Shown here: positions 54,089 to 63,064 of the stretch, piece after piece
Position numbering within the stretch: the stretch's first letter is position 1
Layout of the letters: the number at the start of each line of letters is the position of its first letter
Assembly: GCA_002050235.1 (NCBI GenBank)
Contig: MWST01000033.1
Coordinates: forward strand, 1,986-65,985
Length of the DNA: 64,000 nucleotides
Direction of reading: 5' to 3'
Source of the DNA: Polyangiaceae bacterium UTPRO1
GTDB taxonomy: Bacteria > Desulfobacterota > Binatia > UTPRO1
The notes under the pieces: generated by a model
Database searches by the model: none
Told to the model about the DNA's origin: nothing
Seen by the model: the letters and a program-made list of their open reading frames with translations, nothing else
Made by a program: the position numbers and the translations under genes

Positions 54089-56908
54089 ATGCGGGCTTCT
54101 CCTAGCCCCATGTCGGTCGTGCCGGCGGCGCTCCTGTTCCTGGCGCTGCACGCTCTCTTTTTCACCGACGTCGTGTTCGAGGGGCGGACGTTGTCGGCCG
54201 CGTCGCTGACGGCGGGACTGACGCCGCACGGGCCGCTCGGAGCCCCCGATCCCCCGCCGCCTCCGCATCTCCTCGACGTCGAGGGCGCCGCATGGGTCGA
54301 CGAGCCGAGCCCGTATATGGCGCGCGCCGCCTTTGCCGCCGGCGAGCTTCCGCTCTGGAGCCCAGCCAGCGGCCTCGGGAGCCCGCTCGCCGCGAATCTG
54401 AACTCCGGCGCCGCCAACCCGCTGCAGCTGCCGCTCGATCTCCGGCCGTCCCCGGGGCACGCCGACCTCTTCTACCTGGCGCGGCTGCTGCTCCTCGCCT
54501 GCGCCACCTGGGCCTTGCTGCGCGAGATCCGGCTCGATGCGACGGCGGCCTTTCTCGGCGCCGCGCTCGTCACCTACGGCGGCTATCCTCTGGCGTGGAT
54601 CGCGCACCATCCGCTCTCGAGCGAGGTGTTCCTGCCGCTCGTACTGCTCGGCTGCGAGCGCGGCCGGGCGGGGCGGGCGGGCGGTTGGGCGCTGCTCGCG
54701 ATCGGCGGTGCCGGATCCCTCCTCGGCGGCAAGCTGCAGGCGAGCCTCCTCTGCTTCGCATTCGTCGCCCTCTGGACGCTCGCCCGCGCTCCGCGCCGCT
54801 ATGGTGGCGGCGGCACACGTACGCTTGCGGCTGCCGCCGCCGGCCTCGGCCTCGCGGTCATGCTTGCCGGATTCCTGCTCGTACCGGCGCTCGAGGCCAT
54901 GGGGCGCGCCTCGGGGCTCACGCTCGGCGGCCGCTCACAGCTCGCGAGCTACGTAGTGCCGTGGTCGTCGCTCGCGAGCCTCGTCGTCCCCGCCCTCTTC
55001 GTACCCGCCGGCCGCGCCTTCGCCGACGGCTGGCTGACGCCGTCGCTCGGCGTCGCCGCGGTCCTGCTCGCGGCGCTCGCCGTGGCAGCGCGCGCGGCGC
55101 CGATGCGCCACGTCGCTCTCGTCTGCGTCGGCTGGGCGGCCCTCCTGCTGGCGCGGAACATCGGCGTCTTCGGCGAGCTGCCGCTCCGCGTGCCGGCGCT
55201 GCGCGGCATTCTGTTCGTCAAGTACACTTTCACGATCGTCTTCGCGCTCGCGGTGGCGGCGGCGATCGGGTGCGACGCGCTCCTCGCGGGGCGGATCGAC
55301 GCGCGCTGTGCCCGCCGCACGCTCTTCGGCGCCTGGCTCGTCCTCGCCGCTCTCGCCGCGGCGGCGGTCGCGATAGGACCGCTAGCTACGCGCCCGTCGA
55401 CGCTCGTGCTGCCGGCGCTGCTGTCACTGGCGCTGGCGATCGCGGTGAGTCTCTGGCGGCGCCGGCAGGTCGGGAACGGCGGCGTCGGCGCCGTGCTCGC
55501 GGCGATGGCTCTGGTGGAACTGTGGGTCGCGGCGCCGCACCGACACCCGCCGCGGCTCGACCCGTATCGAGCTCCGCCGTACGTCGATTTCCTCCGCGGC
55601 GCGGCAGCGGGCCGGATCATCGCCGATGCCGATCTCGCGGTGCCGCTGACCTCGGCAGCCGCGGGCCTCGCCGACCTCCGCACCATCGATGTGCTGACGC
55701 CGGGCGCCACGTATGCATTCTTCACGCGGCTCGTGAGCTTCTGCGATCGGGTGATCCACTTCACGGTCGATCCCGACGTACCGCTCGCCGCGACCGCCCC
55801 TGCCGCCGATCTCGCCGGCGTGCGCTGGGTGGTCTCGCGCCGGCCGCTCGCGGTCGCGGACCTGGAGGCGCGGGTGCGCCGGCAGGTGGGACGGGAGCGG
55901 ACGGCGCGCCTGCTCGCGGGCCTCACGCGCTTGGCGGTCGCCGGCGGTCCGCTCGCGATCGGGCCGATCGCCGCGGCCGGGGAGGAGCGGTTCGCCTTCA
56001 CCTTGCCGACGCCGTTCACTCTCGACGTCGCCGGGGTCACCGAGGCGGGTGAGCTGGCGTTCGGAGCCCTGGTGCGGGGCGGGGCGGCGGCGGTGGAGCT
56101 GCGGACGGTGGTCGACGGGGTTGCTTCGGAAGCGACGGGGGAAGCGCAGCGGCTCGCGGCCGGCGAGGCGTGGCACGAGGAGCGCATCGCGCTGGCGGGC
56201 GCCGGCGCGCCGCGGGCGGTACGGGTACGGGTGACGGTGCGCAGCGGCGACGGCGCCCCGGCCGTGGTATCGCTCGGCGACCTCGGCTTCGGGCCCGGCG
56301 CTGCGGTCGAGGCCCGCCTGGCCGCCGAGCGCGGGGTGCGGCACGCCGCCGAGGCGGCGGCGCTCCGCGAGGTATTCCGCGACCCGGAGGTCGGCGCCGT
56401 GGTGTACGAGAACGTGAATGCGCTCCCGCGCGCCTTCCGCGTCCGCCACGTCGAGCCGATAGCGAGCGAGGAGGCGGCGCTCACCCGCCTCGGCGACGGC
56501 TTCGACTTCCGCACCGGCGCTCTCGTGCCGCTTAAGGAGGCCGCGGCGGTGGCGGCCGCACTCGGCGGCGTCGCCAACGGCGGCGACGAGGGACGCGCCA
56601 TGATCGCTCGGGAGACGCCGGGATCGGTCGTCGTCGCCACCGAGGGCGCGACACCGGCGCTCCTCGTGCTCGCCGACCTCGCGTATCCGGGGTGGCGCGC
56701 CGATGTCGACGGCCGGGAGACGACCGTGCATACGGTCGATGGGCTGCTGCGCGGCGTGCTCGTGCCCGCGGGAGCGCACGAGGTGACGTTTCGTTATCGG
56801 CCGCTGTCGTGGCTCGTGGGGAGTCTGCTGACGCTGTTCGCTGCGGCGCTGCTGGTGCCGTACGGACGCTACGCCGGGCGTTGCCATGCCGGCGGTGCGG
56901 AGTCGTGA
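54089..56908 (+). CDS. YfhO-family GT-C membrane glycosyltransferase-like protein
   Basis: 939 aa; polytopic N-terminal half, a large extracytoplasmic domain, and the characteristic YfhO C-terminus YPGWRADVDGRETTVHTVDGLLRGVLVPAGAHEVTFRYRP plus a final TM; the start may be ATG 54110. Confidence 0.6.
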   Translation: MRASPSPMSVVPAALLFLALHALFFTDVVFEGRTLSAASLTAGLTPHGPLGAPDPPPPPHLLDVEGAAWVDEPSPYMARAAFAAGELPLWSPASGLGSPLAANLNSGAANPLQLPLDLRPSPGHADLFYLARLLLLACATWALLREIRLDATAAFLGAALVTYGGYPLAWIAHHPLSSEVFLPLVLLGCERGRAGRAGGWALLAIGGAGSLLGGKLQASLLCFAFVALWTLARAPRRYGGGGTRTLAAAAAGLGLAVMLAGFLLVPALEAMGRASGLTLGGRSQLASYVVPWSSLASLVVPALFVPAGRAFADGWLTPSLGVAAVLLAALAVAARAAPMRHVALVCVGWAALLLARNIGVFGELPLRVPALRGILFVKYTFTIVFALAVAAAIGCDALLAGRIDARCARRTLFGAWLVLAALAAAAVAIGPLATRPSTLVLPALLSLALAIAVSLWRRRQVGNGGVGAVLAAMALVELWVAAPHRHPPRLDPYRAPPYVDFLRGAAAGRIIADADLAVPLTSAAAGLADLRTIDVLTPGATYAFFTRLVSFCDRVIHFTVDPDVPLAATAPAADLAGVRWVVSRRPLAVADLEARVRRQVGRERTARLLAGLTRLAVAGGPLAIGPIAAAGEERFAFTLPTPFTLDVAGVTEAGELAFGALVRGGAAAVELRTVVDGVASEATGEAQRLAAGEAWHEERIALAGAGAPRAVRVRVTVRSGDGAPAVVSLGDLGFGPGAAVEARLAAERGVRHAAEAAALREVFRDPEVGAVVYENVNALPRAFRVRHVEPIASEEAALTRLGDGFDFRTGALVPLKEAAAVAAALGGVANGGDEGRAMIARETPGSVVVATEGATPALLVLADLAYPGWRADVDGRETTVHTVDGLLRGVLVPAGAHEVTFRYRPLSWLVGSLLTLFAAALLVPYGRYAGRCHAGGAES

Positions 56909-58764
56909 CGCCGCGCCCGACGCGGCGCGAGCTGGTGCTCGCGGCGCTGCTTCTGGCCCTCGGCGCCGGACTCCGCTGCTGGCGGCTCGATCTCGGCTGG
57001 TTCGGGATCGATCAGGCGCGCGACGTGCAGACGGCGCTCGATATCGCCGCCGGCAGGGACTTCCCGGTAGTCGGGCCGACCATGCGGCGGGTGACGAGCC
57101 TCGGGGCGCTCTACCACTATGTGTGGACGCTACCGCAACTCGCGAGCGACGATCCGCTCGCGTCGTACCGGTTCGCGGCCGGACTCGGCGTTGCGACGCT
57201 GGTCGCGGCCTGGTTCCTGGCGCGGCGCTGGTGGGGGCCGCGTGCGGCGATCGTCGCCCTCGCCGTGCTCGCGACCTTGCCGATCGCGGTAATAGACGGG
57301 CGCGTAGCCTGGGCGCCGGCAGCGCTGCCGCCCGCAGCGACAGCGCTCCTGGCGCTCTTCGCGGCGCCCGCGACGCCGGCGCGGCTGGCGGTCCTCGGGG
57401 CGATGCTCGGGGTCGCCGTGCAGCTCCACCTGGCGATGACCGCCTGGGTCGTGGCCGCCGCGGTGCTCGTGCTCGCGCGCCGTCCGTCGCCGGGCGCGCT
57501 CGTGGCCGGGCTGGCGGGCGGCACCGCCACCGGATTTCCGGCCGCCTATGCGGCGCTCGCGAACGCCGGACACGACGCCGGACTGGCGACCCTCCCCGGG
57601 CGCGGTCCGCTGCCTGACGTGGTGGCGCGGCTCGCCGCGGTGTGGCGTCTCGAGTGGCGCGTGCCGGCTGCGTTCTGGCAATGGGCCGACGCTCCCGCAC
57701 CGCTGCCGGCGGTCACCTGCGGCCTGGCGGCGCTGGTTACGACCGCGGCTCTCCTCGGCTGCGTGCGTGCCGCCGGGCGGGGGCTCCGAGGCGACCGACC
57801 GGCAGCTGCCCTCGTGGTCGCCGGCGCCTGTCAGCTCGGCCTCGTCGTGCTCCTGCCGGGCGAGGCCTGGTACTACTACCTCGATGCGCTCCTCCCCGTC
57901 GCGGCGCTGGCTGCGGGAGTGCTCGTCGCCGACGGCGCCTGGCCGGCTCTCGGCCGCGCCGCCGCCGCGGTCGTCGTCGCGGCAGCGGTGCTCCTCGGCG
58001 GCTGGAGCGGGCTCTGGCTCGCTACGATCGCCCGGCACGGCTACCTAGTCCTGGCGCCGGCGGCGCTCGCGCTCGACGGCGCCGGCGGCCGCGACGCCGC
58101 GGCGCCGGGCCGCCTCCTCACGCTCGGAGTCAAGCGCGATCTCGCCGCCCTGCTCGCCGCCGATCCGGCACCGTTCGCCGACCGCTGGGAGAGCATCCAC
58201 GGACCCGCCGTCGATGATGCTACGGGTGACAACGGCTTCTGGCTGGCGCGCGCCGCGGCGCCGAGCGGAGCGGCGCCGCCGCCCCGCCACGCCGTGCTCT
58301 GGTACCGCGACGACCCGAGCGCGCCTGCCCAGGCTACGTCGCGCTTCACGATCGTCGATGTGGGGCCGCTGCGCGTGGCGCGCTACCGACCGGCGATCGT
58401 CTACACCTCCTGTCGCGACGCCGACGGTGCCCCCGCGCCCGTGCCGATCCGCGTCCTGCCGGCGCCGCGGCGCTACGGCGACGGTACGATAGCGCGGCCG
58501 GCGGTCCTCCCGGAGCGGATCACGTGCGACCTCGACGTGCCGGAGACGGGCGTGCGCGTCGTGGCCGCGGTCGGTAGCGGAACCGTGGAGGTGGGAGAGG
58601 AGGGCGCCCGGCACGGCGACAGCGGCGCGACGAGCAGCGTCTGCATCGGCGGCGGGCCGCGGCGGACGCGCGTCGTCGTCATCCTCGGCGCCGCTGCGTC
58701 CGGCGAGGTCGACCTCTACGAGCGCCCGGATCCGGACTGCGCCGCCGGCAAAATTGCGCCTTGA
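56905..58764 (+). CDS. ArnT/PMT_2-like (GT83/GT39) GT-C membrane glycosyltransferase
   Basis: 619 aa; N-terminal TM with a periplasmic-loop acidic motif (GIDQARDVQTALD), many TM helices, and a soluble C-terminal domain; GTG overlaps the preceding TGA. Confidence 0.55.
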   Translation: MTPRPTRRELVLAALLLALGAGLRCWRLDLGWFGIDQARDVQTALDIAAGRDFPVVGPTMRRVTSLGALYHYVWTLPQLASDDPLASYRFAAGLGVATLVAAWFLARRWWGPRAAIVALAVLATLPIAVIDGRVAWAPAALPPAATALLALFAAPATPARLAVLGAMLGVAVQLHLAMTAWVVAAAVLVLARRPSPGALVAGLAGGTATGFPAAYAALANAGHDAGLATLPGRGPLPDVVARLAAVWRLEWRVPAAFWQWADAPAPLPAVTCGLAALVTTAALLGCVRAAGRGLRGDRPAAALVVAGACQLGLVVLLPGEAWYYYLDALLPVAALAAGVLVADGAWPALGRAAAAVVVAAAVLLGGWSGLWLATIARHGYLVLAPAALALDGAGGRDAAAPGRLLTLGVKRDLAALLAADPAPFADRWESIHGPAVDDATGDNGFWLARAAAPSGAAPPPRHAVLWYRDDPSAPAQATSRFTIVDVGPLRVARYRPAIVYTSCRDADGAPAPVPIRVLPAPRRYGDGTIARPAVLPERITCDLDVPETGVRVVAAVGSGTVEVGEEGARHGDSGATSSVCIGGGPRRTRVVVILGAAASGEVDLYERPDPDCAAGKIAP

Positions 58765-58778
58765 TTTTCGCCCGTGCT

Positions 58779-60842
58779 ATGAGCGCGCGGATCATGTCGT
58801 CCGCGCCCGACCTGGACGCGCGCACGCTCGCAGCCCTCTACGGCGAGGGCTACTACCACGGAGTCGGCAGCGGCTATCCGCCGGCCGGCTACGAGAGCGA
58901 GCACGCGAGCTGGCAGCACTGGGTGGCGTTCCTGGCGGCGCAGCGCGCACCGGGCTCCCGCTGGCTCGATCTCGGATGCGCCTACGGCTACCTCGTCGCC
59001 GAGGCGCGCGCCGGAGGCTTCACCGCGGTCGGCGTCGATGTCAGCACCTACGCCCTGGCGCGGGCGCGCCGCGAGTCTCCGGCAGCAGCGGGGCGCGTGC
59101 TCCGCGCCGTCGCCGATCGGCTGCCGTTCGCCGCTGCCTGCTTCGACGTCGTCAGCGCCTTCGATGTCCTCGAGCACTTGCACCGTCCCGAGCCGGCGCT
59201 GGCCGAGATCGCGCGCATCCTGAAACCGGGCGGAGTGCTGATCGGCGCTACACCGGATCCGCTGTACTTCGCCGGGCACGAGGAAACGCACTTCTCGGAG
59301 CTGCCGCCGTCGTACTGGATCGATCGCCTGCTCGCCCTCGGCTTCACGGTGGACTTCCGCTTCTTCCAGGCGGCCTACAACCTCGAGTTCGCCGCGGTGC
59401 TCTCGACAGCGGCCGGTCTCGCCCCCGCCGCGAACCTGCGTCCGGAGGGGTTCGGCACGGGCGCGATGCTCGGCACCGTCACCGGCGCGGCGGCGGGGCG
59501 CGTCGCGATCCGGGTGCGGACGGGGCTGATCGCGGCGCCGCAGCCGGACGCGCCGGACGCGTATTGGAGCGGCGCCGCCGACGGGCTCTGCTACCTCCTG
59601 GTGAGCGGCCGCGAGCCGTGCCGCATTACGGTCCGCGTCGAGGCCTGCGCCGAGCGCTGCGGCGACCTCGTGGTCGACCTCGGCGATCAGGAGATCGGCA
59701 GAGCGGCGCTCGCCGCGGCGCCGCAGCTGCTGGAGCTGCCGAGCGTTCCGGTCGCCGCCGGCGGCCACGCGCTGCGTTTCCGCGCCGCGTCGCCGCTCCT
59801 CTTGCGTCGCCTCGAGATCGCGGCCGAGCCCGCCGCTCGCGACGAGCTCCTGGCGCGGATGCCCTTCGACATGTACCAGCGCTACGACCACGCCCGGGCA
59901 GCGGCGGTCTGGCTCGGGGCGCCGCCGCGGCGGATCCTCGACGTCGGCGGCGTGATGGGCGGAGCCCACGGCCACTTCGCGGCCCTCGCCGACTTCTTTC
60001 CCGACGACGACACCCGGGCGGTGGACGTGCGGGTCGCCGATCACCCGGATCACCTCGCGGCAGCCGGGCCGCCGCTGCCGTTCGCTGCCGCGAGCTTCGA
60101 CCTCGTGCTCTGTCAGGACGTGCTCGAGCACGTGCCCCCGGAAGGCCGGGCGCCGCTCCTCGACGAGCTGCGCCGGCTGTCGCGGCGCTTCGTCGTGCTC
60201 GGTGCCCCGTTCGCGACGCCCGGGGTGCGCGACGCCGATGCGGTCCTGTTCGCTCTCGTCGAAGCGCGCCACGGCTACGCGCACGGGTTCCTCCGCGAGC
60301 ACCTGGCGCACGGGCACCCGGATCTCGCGGCGACCATCGCCTACTTCGAGGCGGCGGGAGCGAGCGTCGTGGCGCTGCCGAACGGGTACCTGCCGTACTG
60401 GAGCCTGATGCAGGCTGCCAACCTGCTGCTCGCCGAACCGGCGCTCGGCGCGCGCTATGCGCGCGCCCAGGCGCGCTACAACGGCCAGGTCGCCGATCGC
60501 CGCGAGCCGGCGTACCGGCATCTCCTGGTGATCGACCTGAGCGGCGCGACCGACTGGTGCGACGACGTGCGGCGGCTCGCCACGGACGACGCAGCGACCG
60601 ACGCCGCTGCGCGTCGGCTCGGCGACGCGCACGCCATCTCCGAGATCCTGACGCTCGCGACGACGCCCGCCACGGTAGCGGCGCCGGCAGCCGTCGGCCG
60701 TGAACCCGCCGGCGCCACCGCAGCCGCGCCGACACCCGTCGCCGCCGCTCCGACGGCGACCGCACACGCGAGCCCCGCCGACGGCTTCTACGCCGGGCTC
60801 CGGCGCCTCGCCCGCAGGATCGTGCAGAGCAGACGGGCGTGA
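58779..60842 (+). CDS. tandem SAM-dependent methyltransferase-domain protein
   Basis: An N-terminal class I methyltransferase fold (WLDLGCAYGYLV...FDVVSAFDVLEHL...ILKPGGVLI) and a second methyltransferase-like region (ASFDLVLCQDVLEHV...FVVLGAP); 688 aa. Confidence 0.6.
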   Translation: MSARIMSSAPDLDARTLAALYGEGYYHGVGSGYPPAGYESEHASWQHWVAFLAAQRAPGSRWLDLGCAYGYLVAEARAGGFTAVGVDVSTYALARARRESPAAAGRVLRAVADRLPFAAACFDVVSAFDVLEHLHRPEPALAEIARILKPGGVLIGATPDPLYFAGHEETHFSELPPSYWIDRLLALGFTVDFRFFQAAYNLEFAAVLSTAAGLAPAANLRPEGFGTGAMLGTVTGAAAGRVAIRVRTGLIAAPQPDAPDAYWSGAADGLCYLLVSGREPCRITVRVEACAERCGDLVVDLGDQEIGRAALAAAPQLLELPSVPVAAGGHALRFRAASPLLLRRLEIAAEPAARDELLARMPFDMYQRYDHARAAAVWLGAPPRRILDVGGVMGGAHGHFAALADFFPDDDTRAVDVRVADHPDHLAAAGPPLPFAAASFDLVLCQDVLEHVPPEGRAPLLDELRRLSRRFVVLGAPFATPGVRDADAVLFALVEARHGYAHGFLREHLAHGHPDLAATIAYFEAAGASVVALPNGYLPYWSLMQAANLLLAEPALGARYARAQARYNGQVADRREPAYRHLLVIDLSGATDWCDDVRRLATDDAATDAAARRLGDAHAISEILTLATTPATVAAPAAVGREPAGATAAAPTPVAAAPTATAHASPADGFYAGLRRLARRIVQSRRA

Positions 60843-61963
60843 GGGCTGGCGCTGCTACGGTCGCGATCGTCAACTGGAACGGTCGCCGTCATCTCGAGGC
60901 CTGCCTGCCGTCGGTATTCGCGCTCGAACACCCCGGCATGGACCTCGAGTGCGTGGTCGTCGACAACGGCTCCAGCGACGGCTCGGCGGATTGGCTCGCC
61001 CGCGAGTGGCCGGCGGTGCGCGTCGTCGCCCACGCCGAGAACCGGGGCTTCGCGGCGGCGGCCAACGACGCCGCGGCTGCGGCTGCCGGCGACGTCGTGG
61101 CGTTCCTCAACAACGATTGCCGGGTGGCTGCGACCTGGCTGGCGCACCTCGTCGAGGCGCTCGGCGCCGGCGATGCCGCAGCAGCGGGGAGCTGCATCCT
61201 CGACTGGGACGGCGCCCGCGTCGACTTCGGCGGCGCTGCCATGAACTTCCATGGCCACGGGAGCCATCGCGGCTGGGGTCGCCCGTACGCTGCCGATCCG
61301 GCGGCGGCTCCCGAGCCGGCGCTCTTCGGATGCGGCGGCGCCCTGGCGGTGGACCGGGCGCGGTTCCTCGCCGCCGGCGGCTTCGACGCCGACTACTTCG
61401 CCTATTTCGAAGACGTGGACCTCGGCTGGCGCCTCTGGGTGCTCGGCGAACGGGTGCTCTACGTGCCGGCGGCGATCGCCTACCACCGTCATCGCGGCTC
61501 GGGCATGGAGCCGGCGCGCTGGCGCTTCCTCCTCGAGCGGAACGCGCTCGCCTCCTGCTTCAAGAACTACGACGATGCGAATCTCGACGTCGTCCTGCCG
61601 GCGGCGCGAGCGCTGCTCGCAGCGCGAGCACGGCTGGCCGCCGGCGCCGAGGCGGAAGCGTTCGCCGCCGCCGAGCGGGCCTTCGATGCCTGGCGTCCCG
61701 CGCTCGCCGCCGCCCGCGCCGCCGTGCAGGCGAGGCGGCGCCGCGCCGACGCCGAGATCGTGCCGCTCTTCCGCGAGCCGTTCCGCCCGAGCGCTTTCGG
61801 CCGCGCCTACTGGGCGGCGCAGCGGGACGTCGTCCTTACCGGCGATCTGGCGCGCGTCTTCGGGGCGGCTACGGTCGCGGGCGCCGACGGACTCGGCGAC
61901 TTCATCGCCGAGCTCGAGGGGCGCATCGAGGAGCTCGACGCCCGCCTTTCCGAACGGCGCTGA
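60839..61963 (+). CDS. GT2 family glycosyltransferase
   Basis: TVAIVNWNGRRHLEACL...CVVVDNGSSDGS...YFEDVDLGWRL; GTG overlaps the preceding TGA. Confidence 0.75.
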   Translation: MRAGAATVAIVNWNGRRHLEACLPSVFALEHPGMDLECVVVDNGSSDGSADWLAREWPAVRVVAHAENRGFAAAANDAAAAAAGDVVAFLNNDCRVAATWLAHLVEALGAGDAAAAGSCILDWDGARVDFGGAAMNFHGHGSHRGWGRPYAADPAAAPEPALFGCGGALAVDRARFLAAGGFDADYFAYFEDVDLGWRLWVLGERVLYVPAAIAYHRHRGSGMEPARWRFLLERNALASCFKNYDDANLDVVLPAARALLAARARLAAGAEAEAFAAAERAFDAWRPALAAARAAVQARRRRADAEIVPLFREPFRPSAFGRAYWAAQRDVVLTGDLARVFGAATVAGADGLGDFIAELEGRIEELDARLSERR

Positions 61964-61981
61964 GACTGCGAGAATCCGCCG

Positions 61982-63064
61982 ATGATGGCTTGGACGCGAC
62001 GACGATTCCTCGGCCTCGCAGCCGGCGCCGCAGCCCTCGCAGCAGTGCGCCCGCGCGCCGCCGGCGCCGCCGCCGGCGGCGACGCGCAGACGATCGCGGC
62101 CCTGCGCGCACTGGTGCGGCAGCGAGCGATCGCGAGCGGCGATCCCTGGGTGTCGATGCACGTGGTGCTGGCGCTCGGCGCCGACGTCCAGGGCGCCGGC
62201 GGTCCGATCCTCGACGCCGTGGTCGCGCGCTATGCGACGCGGACGCCGAAGGGCGGCCGCGAGTGGGTCGGCTTTCCGATCCACGTCGAGGCCCACCCGA
62301 ACCATTTCCTCGAGATCATGGACGCCGTCGGAGTGCCGCCGGCGCGGCGCTTCGCCGCCGCCGGCGGCGCGATCGGCGTCGACGATCTCCTCGCCGGCGC
62401 CAAGGCCCTCTTCTCGCCGACGATCGCCGGCCCGGAGCTGTCGTGGACGCTCAGCGTCTTCACCGCGGCGATGCCGCCGTCGGCCGATCGCTTCGTGAAC
62501 GCCGACGGTCAGACCTTCACGGTGGCGGCGCTGGTCGAGACGGCGGCGCAGGCAGCGGAGCTTGGATTCGCCGATACCGTCGCCGCGATGCGCGGCGCGA
62601 AGGCGTACGGCCGCAGTGTGCTGCAGACCTATGCCTGCAACGGCAGCCACGTGCTCTACGGCCTCTACGATGCGCTCCGTCACGGCTACGAGGCGAAGGG
62701 GCTGCGCCAGCGCGTCCGCGACCTGACCCGGGCAGCGTACTTCCGGCTCGGCGCCGAGGTGGCGTTGATCGATCAGGCGCTCGCGAGCCCGGCGCAGCAG
62801 CTGAACGCCGACGCCGCCAAGCTCCAGTTCCTCGGCCACTCGATCGAGAACCTGCGCTACGCCGAGCGCTGGGGGATCTACGCGCCCTCGGCGGGCGAGC
62901 GGGCGGCGTGCGCCGCGGCCGAGCGCACGCTCGCCGAGGTCGTGCAGCGGATCACGTCGGTCCACAATCTCGATGCGCTCGCCGCCTCGGTGCCGCGCGC
63001 TTATCGCATCCTCCTCGGCGACGCCTGCCACGCGCTCCATGGACTGACCAGCGAGGCCGCGTGA
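61982..63064 (+). CDS. Tat-signal hypothetical protein
   Basis: Twin-arginine motif TRRRFLGLAAGAAALAAV; 360 aa; no recognisable family. Confidence 0.5.
   Translation: MMAWTRRRFLGLAAGAAALAAVRPRAAGAAAGGDAQTIAALRALVRQRAIASGDPWVSMHVVLALGADVQGAGGPILDAVVARYATRTPKGGREWVGFPIHVEAHPNHFLEIMDAVGVPPARRFAAAGGAIGVDDLLAGAKALFSPTIAGPELSWTLSVFTAAMPPSADRFVNADGQTFTVAALVETAAQAAELGFADTVAAMRGAKAYGRSVLQTYACNGSHVLYGLYDALRHGYEAKGLRQRVRDLTRAAYFRLGAEVALIDQALASPAQQLNADAAKLQFLGHSIENLRYAERWGIYAPSAGERAACAAAERTLAEVVQRITSVHNLDALAASVPRAYRILLGDACHALHGLTSEAA

Noticed and set aside
54949-57700. Overlapping 563-aa and 758-aa minus-strand ORFs antisense to the YfhO-like and ArnT-like genes
   Set aside because: Extremely Ala/Arg/Pro/Ser-rich translations with no hydrophobic or catalytic pattern. 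The + strand products have coherent membrane-protein architecture.
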